DNA of 64,000 nucleotides from Gammaproteobacteria bacterium (GTDB taxonomy: Bacteria > Pseudomonadota > Gammaproteobacteria > Steroidobacterales > Rariloculaceae), in contig OY761822.1 in NCBI GenBank assembly GCA_963664945.1, positions 661,732 to 725,731 on the forward strand, written 5' to 3'. Made by a program: the position numbers and the translations under genes. This document shows, piece after piece, positions 38,541-48,078 of this stretch (positions are counted from its first letter, which is position 1; each line of letters begins with the position of its first letter). Below the pieces are notes generated by a model that saw only the letters and a list, made by a program, of their open reading frames with translations, did not search any database and was not told the origin of the DNA.

Positions 38541-39455
38541 ATGCCCGAGCGTCCCGAAAATTCATACCCGATAATCGAAATCCAGCCGGAGTGGGTGATC
38601 TCGGAAGAGGACATGGGCAGCAAACCCAAGTTCTGGTATCGGGCATCTACTGATGAACCGGAATGGCTTTTCAAATACCCGCAACGCAACACGGGCCAGC
38701 ATTGGTCGGAAAAGATCGCAGCCGAACTGGCCAACGCCATCGGTATTCCGCACGCACCGGTCGAGTTGGCGAAATTTCAGGGTTGCCGCGGTTCGGCTAC
38801 CGAATCGTTCATGCAGGACGACCGCGAGTTGGCTCACGGTAACCAGGTGTTGGCCGGGCAACTGCTCGACTATGATCCCGACAAGCAATTCCGGCAATCG
38901 GATCACACACTCGAAAACATTTTTGCCTCATTGGAGCGGGTCTTCACCTCCGAACACGGCGTTTCGCGGGCAAAGCGTCGGGTCGCCGACTACGTTGTCC
39001 TCGACGCTTTGATAGGCAACACCGACCGGCATCACGAAAACTGGGGTATCTTGCGCAAAGTCGATCCTCAGCAAGAGCCGGAGACCGTGGCCCCGACATT
39101 CGATCACGCGTCATCTCTGGGCCGCGAGCTTCGCGATGAAGGAACCGGCAAGAGCAGGAGGCGATTTCTTGACGAGGGCCGGATCGCGAGCTATTCAGAA
39201 GCCGGGCGAGGCGCAATCTACTGGCAATCGTCGAGCAAGAAAGGTCCCAGCCCGCTGGAGCTTCTCCGGTGTGCCGCCGAGCGGTACCCCGATACATTTC
39301 GACCAGGGCTGGCTCGACTTGAAGACTTGCATGGAGACTCCCTGCGCCTTATCGTCGCACGCATCCCCGAGACTTGGATGAGTGATCCAGCGCGAACGTT
39401 TGCCGTCGAATTGATGTCCTACAACCTGCAACAGATCAAGAGTATCTCGACATGA
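38541..39455 (+). CDS. Stand-alone HipA C-terminal-like Ser/Thr kinase domain protein
   Basis: 304 aa. MGSKPKFWY (phosphate-binding-loop-like), DALIGNTDRHHENWGIL (catalytic loop), APTFDHASSLG. No HipA N-terminal subdomain. Confidence 0.75.
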   Translation: MPERPENSYPIIEIQPEWVISEEDMGSKPKFWYRASTDEPEWLFKYPQRNTGQHWSEKIAAELANAIGIPHAPVELAKFQGCRGSATESFMQDDRELAHGNQVLAGQLLDYDPDKQFRQSDHTLENIFASLERVFTSEHGVSRAKRRVADYVVLDALIGNTDRHHENWGILRKVDPQQEPETVAPTFDHASSLGRELRDEGTGKSRRRFLDEGRIASYSEAGRGAIYWQSSSKKGPSPLELLRCAAERYPDTFRPGLARLEDLHGDSLRLIVARIPETWMSDPARTFAVELMSYNLQQIKSIST

Positions 39456-40186
39456 CCGAAAAGACTCTGTTTCTTGCCTGGCAGGACAAGCGTCCGGTCG
39501 GGAAATGGTTTCCCATCGGGCGGCTTGACGTACAAGCGGGCAGGCCAGCTTATCGTTTTCGTTATACGAAGGGCGCCGAACGCGCCCGCGCGTCCGTCGG
39601 GTTTCATGCGCTTCTGGACTTTCCGAAACTGCACAGGACATATGAATCGTCTGAACTGTTTCCGCTGTTCGGCAACCGCGTAATGTCTCCCCGTCGGCCC
39701 GATTACCCAGCGCACATGAACATGCTCGGTCTCCCCGATACGGCCGAGCCGATCGAAGCCCTGTACACGAGCGGCGGGTATCGCGTGACCGACAACTATC
39801 AGGTTTTTCCCAGAATTGTGCGAGGTCCAGGCGGCTTCTTCAGATGCCGTTTTTTCCTTGATCCCGTTCCTTTCGCCGAATCGTTCGAGACGCGGTGGAT
39901 TGACTCCCTCAACGAAGGCGATGACTTGCTCGTCGACGTCAATCCGGCGACTTCAGTCGTACACATCAAGACCGAGTACGGGAAGGTGATCGGTTCTCCG
40001 CCACGCTACCTGGTCGAAGATCTGATCCGCGCCACGGAAGCGTGTCCGGGTGAGTACAACGCCAAAGTGGTGAAATTCAACCTGCCACCGGCACCTTCCC
40101 GTCGGCAGATCTTGATGGAACTCGCCGGCCACTGGCCTGATTATGAGCCGATGTCAGACACTGACTACCAGCCGCTAGTTCATTGA
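39452..40186 (+). CDS. HipS/HipA-N-terminal-like domain fused to a HIRAN-like domain (inferred)
   Basis: ATGA overlap with the kinase gene. N-terminus LFLAWQDKRPVGKWFPIGRLDV..YRFRYTKGA...SSELFPLFGNRV. C-terminus LNEGDDLLVDVNPATSVVHIKTEYGKVIGSPPRYLVEDL. Called from remembered family patterns only. Confidence 0.5.
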   Translation: MTEKTLFLAWQDKRPVGKWFPIGRLDVQAGRPAYRFRYTKGAERARASVGFHALLDFPKLHRTYESSELFPLFGNRVMSPRRPDYPAHMNMLGLPDTAEPIEALYTSGGYRVTDNYQVFPRIVRGPGGFFRCRFFLDPVPFAESFETRWIDSLNEGDDLLVDVNPATSVVHIKTEYGKVIGSPPRYLVEDLIRATEACPGEYNAKVVKFNLPPAPSRRQILMELAGHWPDYEPMSDTDYQPLVH

Positions 40187-40249
40187 GATGGACGGCAACG
40201 CTACCGCAGTTTTTCAAAATTGAGAGTGGGCGAAGGGTATCTGACTCAT

Positions 40250-40540
40250 ACGAGAGAGTCTCCGGAAATCACGGAGTGGTTCAGGCCATCGTGAAATTAA
40301 CGCGGAAACCAACTTCGTAGACATAATGCCCCAAAAAACCGCCCCCGCCTGTCGCTCAATATGCAGTTTCACGAGCTTCATGATCCGAAAGTTCTGGCCA
40401 AGGCTGTCACCAACCTTGGTCGTTGGGGAAACGGTGATGTAGAGGTGGGCTATTGCAAGCCGGAGAAGTTGCCATATGTGATGGGTCTGGTCCGGCAGGC
40501 GTTCCAAAAGCAAATGAGAAACGCAGAGGCGGAAGCGTGA
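40250..40540 (+). pseudogene. 3' remnant of a DUF5655-type gene with a frameshift in an A6 run
   Basis: Frame 1: ...EINAETNFVDIMPQK. After ccccaaaaaacc, frame 2: ...RLSLNMQFHELHDPKVLAKAVTNLGRWGNGDVEVGYCKPEKLPYVMGLVRQAFQKQ. This is the typical DUF5655 C-terminus often seen beside R-M loci. Confidence 0.45.
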
Positions 40541-40553
40541 AAGGGATCAGAAG

Positions 40554-43241
40554 ATGAAACAGGAGAAGATCACCCTCGCCCAGCTCGAGTCCTTCCTACT
40601 TAAGGCCGCCGACATCCTACGCGGCAAGATGGACGCCTCCGAATTCAAGGAGTTCATCTTCGGTATGCTGTTCCTGAAGCGGCTCTCCGACGAGTTCGAC
40701 TGCAAACGCGAGCAACTCCGAACGAAGACCTTCGCACATCTCCGAGAACAGCCGGACCTCGTCGCCGACCTGCTTGAGGACAAGATATCCTACGGAGAGA
40801 CCTTCTTTGTTCCCGTCAGAGCCCGTTGGCACGCGTCATGGCGAGACGAGAACGGCGATCTCGTGCCGGCCATGAAGGACCTCAAGCACGACATCGGCAA
40901 CATGCTCAACAAGGCCATCGCGGCCATTGAGGACGAGAACGATGCCCTGGCCGGTGTGCTGAAGAACAACATCGATTTCAACGCCGTGAAGGGCAAGACC
41001 AAGATCCCGGACCAGAAGTGGAAGGACCTGCTCGACCACTTCAGCCAGCCCGGGTTCGTCCTCGTCAACGACAACTTCGAGTTCCCGGACTTGCTCGGCG
41101 CCGCCTACGAATATCTCATCAAGTTCTTCGCCGACAGCGCCGGCAAGAAAGGTGGCGAGTTCTATACCCCCGGCGAAGTCGTCCGCCTGCTCGTCCAGCT
41201 CACCCAGCCGGAGGCCGGTAACACGATTTACGACCCCTCGGTCGGTTCCGGTGGATTCCTCATTCAGGCCCACCAGTACGTGGAAGAGCAAGGCCAAAAC
41301 GCCGACGATCTTGCTCTCTACGGTCAAGACTCCAATGGCACCGTTTGGTCGATCTGCATCATGAACATGATCCTCCACAACATCACCCGTTCCACAATCG
41401 AGAACGGGGACACGCTGGAGGACCCGCTCATCCTCGAAAATGGGCAGATTCGGAAGTTCGACCGTGTGCTCGCCAACCCACCGTTCTCGCAGAACTACAG
41501 CCGCGCGAGCATGAAGTTCACCAGTCGATTTCGCGAGTGGTGCCCGGAGACCGGCAAGAAGGCGGACCTCATGTTCGTACAGCACATGCTCGCCAGTCTC
41601 AAGCTCAACGGCCGCATGGCGACGATCATGCCGCACGGGGTCCTGTTTCGTGGTGGCAAGGAAAAGCTCATTCGCGAGCTGTTCATCAACGACGACTGTA
41701 TCGAGGGCATTGTCAGCCTGCCGCCCGGGCTCTTCTACGGCACGGGCATCCCCGCCTGCGTGCTGGTCTGCAACAAGAACAAGCCCGACGAATTCAAGGA
41801 TAGGGTCCTCTTCATCAACGCCGATCGCGAATACGCGGAGGGCAAGAACCAGAACCGGCTTCGCCCAGAGGACATCGAGAAGATCGATTTCGTCTTCACT
41901 CACAAGCGCGAGTTACCCAAGTACTCGCGCCTCGTGCCCAAGTCCGAGATCGTGGACATTCACGACTACAACCTCAACATCCGCCGCTACGTGGACAACA
42001 CGCCCGACCCCGAACCGGAGGATGTCCAGGCGCACCTCATCGGCGGAATCCCCGAGGTGGAGGTTGCCGCGCGCGCGGACGACTTCGCCAAGTTCGGCGT
42101 CGACACGGCTTCTCTCTTCAAACCCGAGCGTCCCGCCTACCTCGCCTTCCGCGAGTCCATCGACGCCAAGTCCGCCATCAAGTCCACGCTCGAAGCGGAC
42201 CCGGCCGTGCTGGACACACTCATCCGGCACCACGACGCGCTCGAATCTTGGTGGACTGTCGCAAGGGACGACTTCGCCCAACTCCAGCATGCGAGCAACG
42301 GCGGCAAGAAGATGCCCGAGGTCCGCCACGAGCTGCTCACCACCCTCAAGGCTAAGTTCGTGCCGCTGGGCGTGCTCGACGAGTTCAAGAGCGCCGGCGT
42401 CTTCGTCAACTGGTGGCAGCAGATTCGCTTTGACCTCAAGACCATCGTCTCCACCGGCTGGCACCACTCCCTGATCCCAGATGACTACTTCATCGCCGAA
42501 TTCTTCCAAGCCGAAGCCGACGCCAATGAGGCGCTCGAGGCAACCATCGCCGAAGCCCAGGGCGAACTGGCCGAGGCCGTCGAGACCGCCCAGGAGGTCA
42601 GCAGCTACGTGCCCGACGAGGACAAGAAAGTCAGCGCCGCCGTCATCAAGAAGGCGCTCAAGGCTCTCATTGACGACCTGAAAGACAGCGCCGGCGCTTC
42701 CGCCAGGAAGGAACTCAAGAACCTCACGGACCAAGACAAAGCCATCAAGGCCATCGAGAAGCGGATCAGGAACGCCAGGGCAACGCTGAAGGAAAAGGCT
42801 GCGGAGCTGGAATTCAAGCTCGAACTCAAGCGCCTCGGGTCCGGCGAGTTCAAGGCCGGGACCCAGGCGCTGATCGCGCAGGCCAATGACCGTCTTGCGG
42901 GGTTGGATCCGAAGAAGAAGGCCGACAAGAAGACCATCACCGCGCTCTACAAGGACAAGGAATCGCTGAATGCCCGACTGGCCCGGACTGACGCGGTGCT
43001 CAAGGCGATCGGCGGGCAGATCAGCGAGGCTGATGCACGCTGCCTGATCCTGAAGAAGATCTACGATATCGCCTGCGCCGAACTCGACCGCTATCTGAAT
43101 GCGGAGAAGCGGGTGCTCGCGGGAGTCGTCGAGAGCCTATGGGAGAAGTACGCCATCTCCGCAGATAAATTGGAGAGTGATCGAGCGAACACGGTCGCCA
43201 CGGTGGAAGGTTTCCTTTCGGGATTGGGATACTTGGCATGA
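40554..43241 (+). CDS. hsdM: Type I restriction-modification methyltransferase subunit M (long form)
   Basis: HsdM_N-like N-terminus ([14 protein letters not shown]), [27 protein letters not shown]. About 400-aa C-terminal helical extension. Confidence 0.9.
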   Translation: MKQEKITLAQLESFLLKAADILRGKMDASEFKEFIFGMLFLKRLSDEFDCKREQLRTKTFAHLREQPDLVADLLEDKISYGETFFVPVRARWHASWRDENGDLVPAMKDLKHDIGNMLNKAIAAIEDENDALAGVLKNNIDFNAVKGKTKIPDQKWKDLLDHFSQPGFVLVNDNFEFPDLLGAAYEYLIKFFADSAGKKGGEFYTPGEVVRLLVQLTQPEAGNTIYDPSVGSGGFLIQAHQYVEEQGQNADDLALYGQDSNGTVWSICIMNMILHNITRSTIENGDTLEDPLILENGQIRKFDRVLANPPFSQNYSRASMKFTSRFREWCPETGKKADLMFVQHMLASLKLNGRMATIMPHGVLFRGGKEKLIRELFINDDCIEGIVSLPPGLFYGTGIPACVLVCNKNKPDEFKDRVLFINADREYAEGKNQNRLRPEDIEKIDFVFTHKRELPKYSRLVPKSEIVDIHDYNLNIRRYVDNTPDPEPEDVQAHLIGGIPEVEVAARADDFAKFGVDTASLFKPERPAYLAFRESIDAKSAIKSTLEADPAVLDTLIRHHDALESWWTVARDDFAQLQHASNGGKKMPEVRHELLTTLKAKFVPLGVLDEFKSAGVFVNWWQQIRFDLKTIVSTGWHHSLIPDDYFIAEFFQAEADANEALEATIAEAQGELAEAVETAQEVSSYVPDEDKKVSAAVIKKALKALIDDLKDSAGASARKELKNLTDQDKAIKAIEKRIRNARATLKEKAAELEFKLELKRLGSGEFKAGTQALIAQANDRLAGLDPKKKADKKTITALYKDKESLNARLARTDAVLKAIGGQISEADARCLILKKIYDIACAELDRYLNAEKRVLAGVVESLWEKYAISADKLESDRANTVATVEGFLSGLGYLA

Positions 43242-44545
43242 CGCTGCCTGATGGGTGGAAACAGGGTCGCCTCGGCAAACTCTGTTCCATTGAGATCGGA
43301 GGTACGCCGTCACGGGGTGTTGCGGCGTATTGGGACACCACCCACGACACCTCGAATGTCTGGGTTTCGATCAGGGACATGCGTCAACGTTTAGTCACAG
43401 TATCGGCTGAGCAGATCTCTGATCTAGGCGTAAAGAAGTCCAACGTCAAGCTCCAGCAACCCGGCACGGTACTTCTCAGCTTCAAACTGTCCATCGGTCG
43501 CGTCGCCATTGCTGCTGTTCCTCTTTTCACGAACGAGGCAATCGCCGGACTGTCTCCGACTGGCCTGACGCGGGACTTTCTGTTTCACGGCCTCCAAGGA
43601 TGGAACTTGCTTCAGGGTGTGGATCAGGCAATCAAGGGCGCGACTCTCAACAAGCACAAGCTCAAGAAAATTCTGTTTGAGTACCCCGAGTCGGAACGCG
43701 AGCAAGCCAAGATCGCCGAGGTGCTTTCGTCGGTGGACCGGGCGATCGAGCAGACCGAGGCGCTCATCGCCAAACAGCAGCGTATCAAGACCGGCCTGAT
43801 GCAGGACCTGCTCACACGCGGCATCGACGAACACGGCAACCTGCGCTCGGAACAGGCCCACGAGTTTAAGGATTCTCCGATCGGCCGGATTCCGGTGGAG
43901 TGGGAGGTGATAACACTCGGGGCAATGCTGAAACGCGCACACGGGTATCTACAGACAGGCCCTTTTGGCAGCCAACTTCATGCACATGAGTACGTCCATG
44001 AGGGCACTCCCGTCATCATGCCCCAGGACATACTGAACGGGCAGATTTCGACCAGTGTGATTGCCAGGGTCCCTGAGCGACGGGCAAACGACTTGCATCG
44101 CCATCGTCTTCTGCCAAATGACATCGTGTTCTCACGACGCGGCGACCTTTCGCGAGCTGCCGGAATTGGTGAGCGAGAAGCTGGATGGATATGCGGCACG
44201 GGGTGCTTTCTCCTTCGAGTGTCACCAGACTCGATCGATTCAACTTGGCTCACCAATGTGTACCGCCACCATCATGTTCAGCGGCAGGTCGAGACGAATG
44301 CGGTGGGATCAACCATGCCGAGTCTGAACAATGCAGTAATGGAGAATCTGATTGTTGCGTTCCCCAAGGTCGACGAGCAGCAAGAAATTATGCGCCGATG
44401 TGATGCGGCAGCTGACAGTATCGCATCGACTCTTGATCAGCTTGCGAAGATGCGGGCGCTCAAGCGCGGCCTCATGCAGGACCTGCTCACAGGCAACCGC
44501 TGCGTGACTCCGCTGCTCGAACAATGCGAAGGGGTCGCGACATGA
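43238..44545 (+). CDS. hsdS: Type I R-M specificity subunit S
   Basis: Two variable regions separated by conserved helices (...[21 protein letters not shown]... and ...[18 protein letters not shown]). ATGA overlap with hsdM. Confidence 0.9.
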   Translation: MTLPDGWKQGRLGKLCSIEIGGTPSRGVAAYWDTTHDTSNVWVSIRDMRQRLVTVSAEQISDLGVKKSNVKLQQPGTVLLSFKLSIGRVAIAAVPLFTNEAIAGLSPTGLTRDFLFHGLQGWNLLQGVDQAIKGATLNKHKLKKILFEYPESEREQAKIAEVLSSVDRAIEQTEALIAKQQRIKTGLMQDLLTRGIDEHGNLRSEQAHEFKDSPIGRIPVEWEVITLGAMLKRAHGYLQTGPFGSQLHAHEYVHEGTPVIMPQDILNGQISTSVIARVPERRANDLHRHRLLPNDIVFSRRGDLSRAAGIGEREAGWICGTGCFLLRVSPDSIDSTWLTNVYRHHHVQRQVETNAVGSTMPSLNNAVMENLIVAFPKVDEQQEIMRRCDAAADSIASTLDQLAKMRALKRGLMQDLLTGNRCVTPLLEQCEGVAT

Positions 44546-44575
44546 GCAGCTGCACCGGATACGGAGATCCAGCAG

Positions 44576-46285
44576 ATGTGGCTCCGTGAACTGCAGATCC
44601 GAAACTTCCGAAAGATCGACGCACTCACTGTGAATTTTCCGCGCGGTCTGACGGTGTTGGTTGGGGAGAATAACTCCGGTAAGACGACGATCATTGATGC
44701 ACTGCGTCTCATGTTGTTTTCAAGCCGGGAGTTCGATTCCCTCCGGCTTACGGAGGATGACTTCCGAACCGGAACCGACCACGCACCGATCGAGATTTCC
44801 TGCCGATTCACCGGACTTGAAGATGACGACGAAGTCCACTTTCAAGAGTGCCTCGTTGATATCGATGATGGCAAGTTCGAGATGCAGGTCAATGCCCGCG
44901 TTGAATTTAACGAGACGACGAATCGGTGCAACGTGAAAATGTGGGGTGGCGAGACGGAAGGCGGCTCACTTCCATCGAACCATTACGATCGACTTGCGAC
45001 GATCTACTTGCAGCCGCTGCGTGATCCCGAACGCGGCCTGCGGCCTGGACAGCATTCCCAAGTTTCCCGACTTATCGACTGCCTGACAAAGGAAGATCAG
45101 CGCGAAGACTTTGAAGCCATCGTCAGGGATGCAAATGAGGAGATCCGAGAGCTGAAGCCAGTCGAAGACGCAAGAGGCGACATCAATGCGCAGATGTCAG
45201 CTATCGCAGGTAGCGAATTGACCCAAAAAACGGAGCTGATTTTCGCCGACCCGACTTTCCGTCGCATCATCGCAGGGCTGCAGCCTGAGATTGACGGACT
45301 ACCGTTTGCCCTCAATGGGCTCGGGTACAACAACTTGATCTTCACATCCGCGACTTTGGGCACGCTCCGGCGGAGCCCACAGTTCTCATTCCGTTCAATC
45401 CTGGTCGAGGAGCCCGAAGCGCACCTGCACCCTCAGTTACAGATGCTCCTTCTCAGGCATTTGGCTGTTGTTGCCAGCGATCACGAAGGTAATGAAGTGC
45501 AGGTCATCGCGAGCAGCCACTCTCCTATTCTAGCGAGTCAGGCTCCAATCGACTCGGTCGTATCGGTTCATGAAGTTGATGGCAAGGTCAGCACAGTCTC
45601 GGTGTGTTGCATCACGATTGACGACAAGATCAAGAAGAAGCTCCAGCGGTATCTCGATGCGACCCGTGGGGAACTGTTTTTCGCCCGGCGCATCTTGATG
45701 GTGGAGGGGATCGCGGAGGCACTGCTGCTCCCTGAGCTGGCCAAAATTTCAGGTGGCAATCTGAAGGAGTCGGCAGTGACCGTTCTGAACGCGGATGGAA
45801 TCAACTTTAACGCGTTCATTCCATTGTTTGGAGTGGAAGAGCTTGGTGTGCCGGTCGTCATTCTCACAGACGGTGACGCGAAGGTTGTCGGTGGAGAGAT
45901 GTCGGCGACTGCCTCACACTTGAAGGAACAGGCAGCCGGGATTCCGAATTTGAATGTCGAGATGTCGGAGATCACCTTTGAGCATGAGCTTGCTCGCTCG
46001 GAAATGCTGCTTCCGCACATGGTGTCTGCGCTCAAAGAACTACATCCCATCATTGGAACAACGCTCGAAACCAAGCTCGCAACGGTTGCGACCGTGGAGG
46101 AGAAGGCCAAGAAATTTTTGGACGTGTTCATTGAGAAGTCGGTCTCGAAAGGCCGGTTTGCGCAGGAACTCGCCGAGATCTTGGCGGACTGTAATCTCGG
46201 GGCCAACGCCGTACCCGAGTACATCCGCATCGCGCTGAGGCATCTTGGAGTTCTGAGTGAGCCGGCAATCGATGGCCACAGCTAA
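44576..46285 (+). CDS. OLD-family ATP-dependent endonuclease (GajA-like, ABC-ATPase plus Toprim)
   Basis: LQIRNFRKIDALTVNF..LTVLVGENNSGKTTIIDAL, ILVEEPEAHLHP, Toprim ILMVEGIAEALLLP and VVILTDGDA. Confidence 0.8.
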   Translation: MWLRELQIRNFRKIDALTVNFPRGLTVLVGENNSGKTTIIDALRLMLFSSREFDSLRLTEDDFRTGTDHAPIEISCRFTGLEDDDEVHFQECLVDIDDGKFEMQVNARVEFNETTNRCNVKMWGGETEGGSLPSNHYDRLATIYLQPLRDPERGLRPGQHSQVSRLIDCLTKEDQREDFEAIVRDANEEIRELKPVEDARGDINAQMSAIAGSELTQKTELIFADPTFRRIIAGLQPEIDGLPFALNGLGYNNLIFTSATLGTLRRSPQFSFRSILVEEPEAHLHPQLQMLLLRHLAVVASDHEGNEVQVIASSHSPILASQAPIDSVVSVHEVDGKVSTVSVCCITIDDKIKKKLQRYLDATRGELFFARRILMVEGIAEALLLPELAKISGGNLKESAVTVLNADGINFNAFIPLFGVEELGVPVVILTDGDAKVVGGEMSATASHLKEQAAGIPNLNVEMSEITFEHELARSEMLLPHMVSALKELHPIIGTTLETKLATVATVEEKAKKFLDVFIEKSVSKGRFAQELAEILADCNLGANAVPEYIRIALRHLGVLSEPAIDGHS

Positions 46286-48026
46286 TCAACTCCGGGAGAG
46301 GATTCTCGCGCAGAACCCGACAGATGAGCAGAGGGAGGCCATCTTTGCTGAGGAGTTGGAGTTTCTATTGCGCGCAGCTCCTGGAAGCGGCAAAACCTGG
46401 ACGTCATGCCGACGCTTTATCTGGAGAGCGGCCAACTGGCCTCATCTTGTTGGGGGACTGGCTCTCCTGTCGTTCACAAACGCTGCCATCCGCGAGTTCA
46501 AGACCGCCACGATCAACGTAGGGCGAAGAGACCTCCTATCCGATCCGAACTACGTCGGTACGTTTGACTCGTTCGTTGAACGTTACATTCTCTCACCGTT
46601 TGGCCACCTGCTTACCGGCGCTGACAAGCGGCCAAGGCTATTTCCAGGCCCACGTCCGGGCGACTGGAACAATGGGCAACTGAAAGTGTGGATGGACGGC
46701 AGGGGCGGTCGCAGGATTCCCGTTCCGGCATGGGAAGTCATACCCTTTCCGGATGGCACCAAGGTCCGCTTCAAGGCGTCGCCTACCTTCGGGAGTCAGC
46801 CCATTGCCGCCGCCGCGCCTGTATACCAACTTCTGTCTCTGGGCTTTTACACTCATGCGCAACGCATTTATTGGGCATGGAAACTCCTGATCGAGAGACC
46901 ACACATCGCGAAGCTGCTTGCCAAGCGATTCCCGGAAATCATCGTCGATGAAGCACAGGACACGAATGCCTGGCTCTTGATTCTCTTAAATCTTTTGCGT
47001 GACAAGGGAGCAAAGATCACGCTCATCGGTGACCCTGACCAGTGCATATTCGAGTTCAGCATGGCGGATGCGACTTCGTTGCCCAAATTAAGGACGAAGT
47101 GGTCAATTCCAGAATTGCCCCTGAGTAAGTCGTTTCGTTGTAACAACCAGATTGCGGCAGCCGTCCGTAACGTGGGCGGAAACACAGACTTCACCGGGGT
47201 CGGTGATGGAGCAACCGAATGGCGCCGGGCATTTGTGGTCAAACAAGCGTCGACGACATTCTCTAATGGCCTAGCGGCGTTCCAACGTCTAGCAGATCAG
47301 GCTGGAGTGAGCCTCAACTCCGCTGCCGTCGTCTGCCGAGCGCATAGGCAACTGGAATCATTGCGTGGCAAGCTGAACTATAACAATCTAAAGGGCAAGG
47401 CAAAGGAACTGGCTAAGGCGGCGTTTCTTCGTGATTCTCGACACGATTACCGTGGGGCGTTTCAATCCGTCGAGCGTATCGTGCGCGAACTGACAGGTGA
47501 CGATCCTCTGTGGGAGCGCATCGATACCGACCCAAATTCACGCGAGCGCATGGCTGTGGCATTGGCAATTTGGAAGTTCGTAAAAAGTCCGGACCGATTA
47601 ACACCAGTATCTCAGCTTGGTGACACATGGATTCCTTCCATGCGAACGCAGTTGACGAGCTTAATCGAGGAAATCGGCTTGCAATGTGATGCGAAGCTCG
47701 GGCACCACATCAAGACAACCGGACTCTCCGCCGCTCAGAAGGCTCTGCCGCTCTTCGAATCGGTCCATGAGTTCCCGGAAGTGCGGCAGGACACGATTCA
47801 CCAGGTGAAAGGCGAGAGTATCGAAGCGGTGCTGGTTGTCGGCAGTCCAAAATTCTGGAACTCCGTGATGGCGGCGGTACGAGATGGCGACAACACGGAA
47901 GATCGACGGCTGGCGTATGTGGCGATGACGCGAGCTCGCCACCTGCTTGTCGTCGGCTTACCGAAGGGACACTACGACAAGCACTTAAAAACTTGGTTGG
48001 AGTGGGGCTTCAGGGTGGCGAAGTGA
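46257..48026 (+). CDS. UvrD/PcrA-like SF1 helicase (GajB-like)
   Basis: AAPGSGKTW, FTNAAIREF, IIVDEAQDTN, SFRCNNQI, IHQVKGESIEAVLVV, LAYVAMTRARHLL. Start may be ATG 46272. Overlaps the OLD gene. Confidence 0.75.
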   Translation: MSRQSMATANQLRERILAQNPTDEQREAIFAEELEFLLRAAPGSGKTWTSCRRFIWRAANWPHLVGGLALLSFTNAAIREFKTATINVGRRDLLSDPNYVGTFDSFVERYILSPFGHLLTGADKRPRLFPGPRPGDWNNGQLKVWMDGRGGRRIPVPAWEVIPFPDGTKVRFKASPTFGSQPIAAAAPVYQLLSLGFYTHAQRIYWAWKLLIERPHIAKLLAKRFPEIIVDEAQDTNAWLLILLNLLRDKGAKITLIGDPDQCIFEFSMADATSLPKLRTKWSIPELPLSKSFRCNNQIAAAVRNVGGNTDFTGVGDGATEWRRAFVVKQASTTFSNGLAAFQRLADQAGVSLNSAAVVCRAHRQLESLRGKLNYNNLKGKAKELAKAAFLRDSRHDYRGAFQSVERIVRELTGDDPLWERIDTDPNSRERMAVALAIWKFVKSPDRLTPVSQLGDTWIPSMRTQLTSLIEEIGLQCDAKLGHHIKTTGLSAAQKALPLFESVHEFPEVRQDTIHQVKGESIEAVLVVGSPKFWNSVMAAVRDGDNTEDRRLAYVAMTRARHLLVVGLPKGHYDKHLKTWLEWGFRVAK

Positions 48027-48078
48027 TGGATGCCAGAACCCAACCTGACAAACAACGATGCTGTTACAGGATTAGAGC

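Noticed and set aside
40836-41903. 355-aa minus-strand ORF inside hsdM
   Set aside because: Antisense shadow. hsdM motifs are unambiguous on the plus strand.
43790-44495. Two ~20-bp near-identical stretches in hsdS (ctSatgcaggacctgctcac at about 43798 and 44471)
   Set aside because: They encode the two conserved helical spacers (GLMQDLLT) expected in every HsdS. I found no inverted partner hsdS or recombinase nearby to suggest a shufflon.
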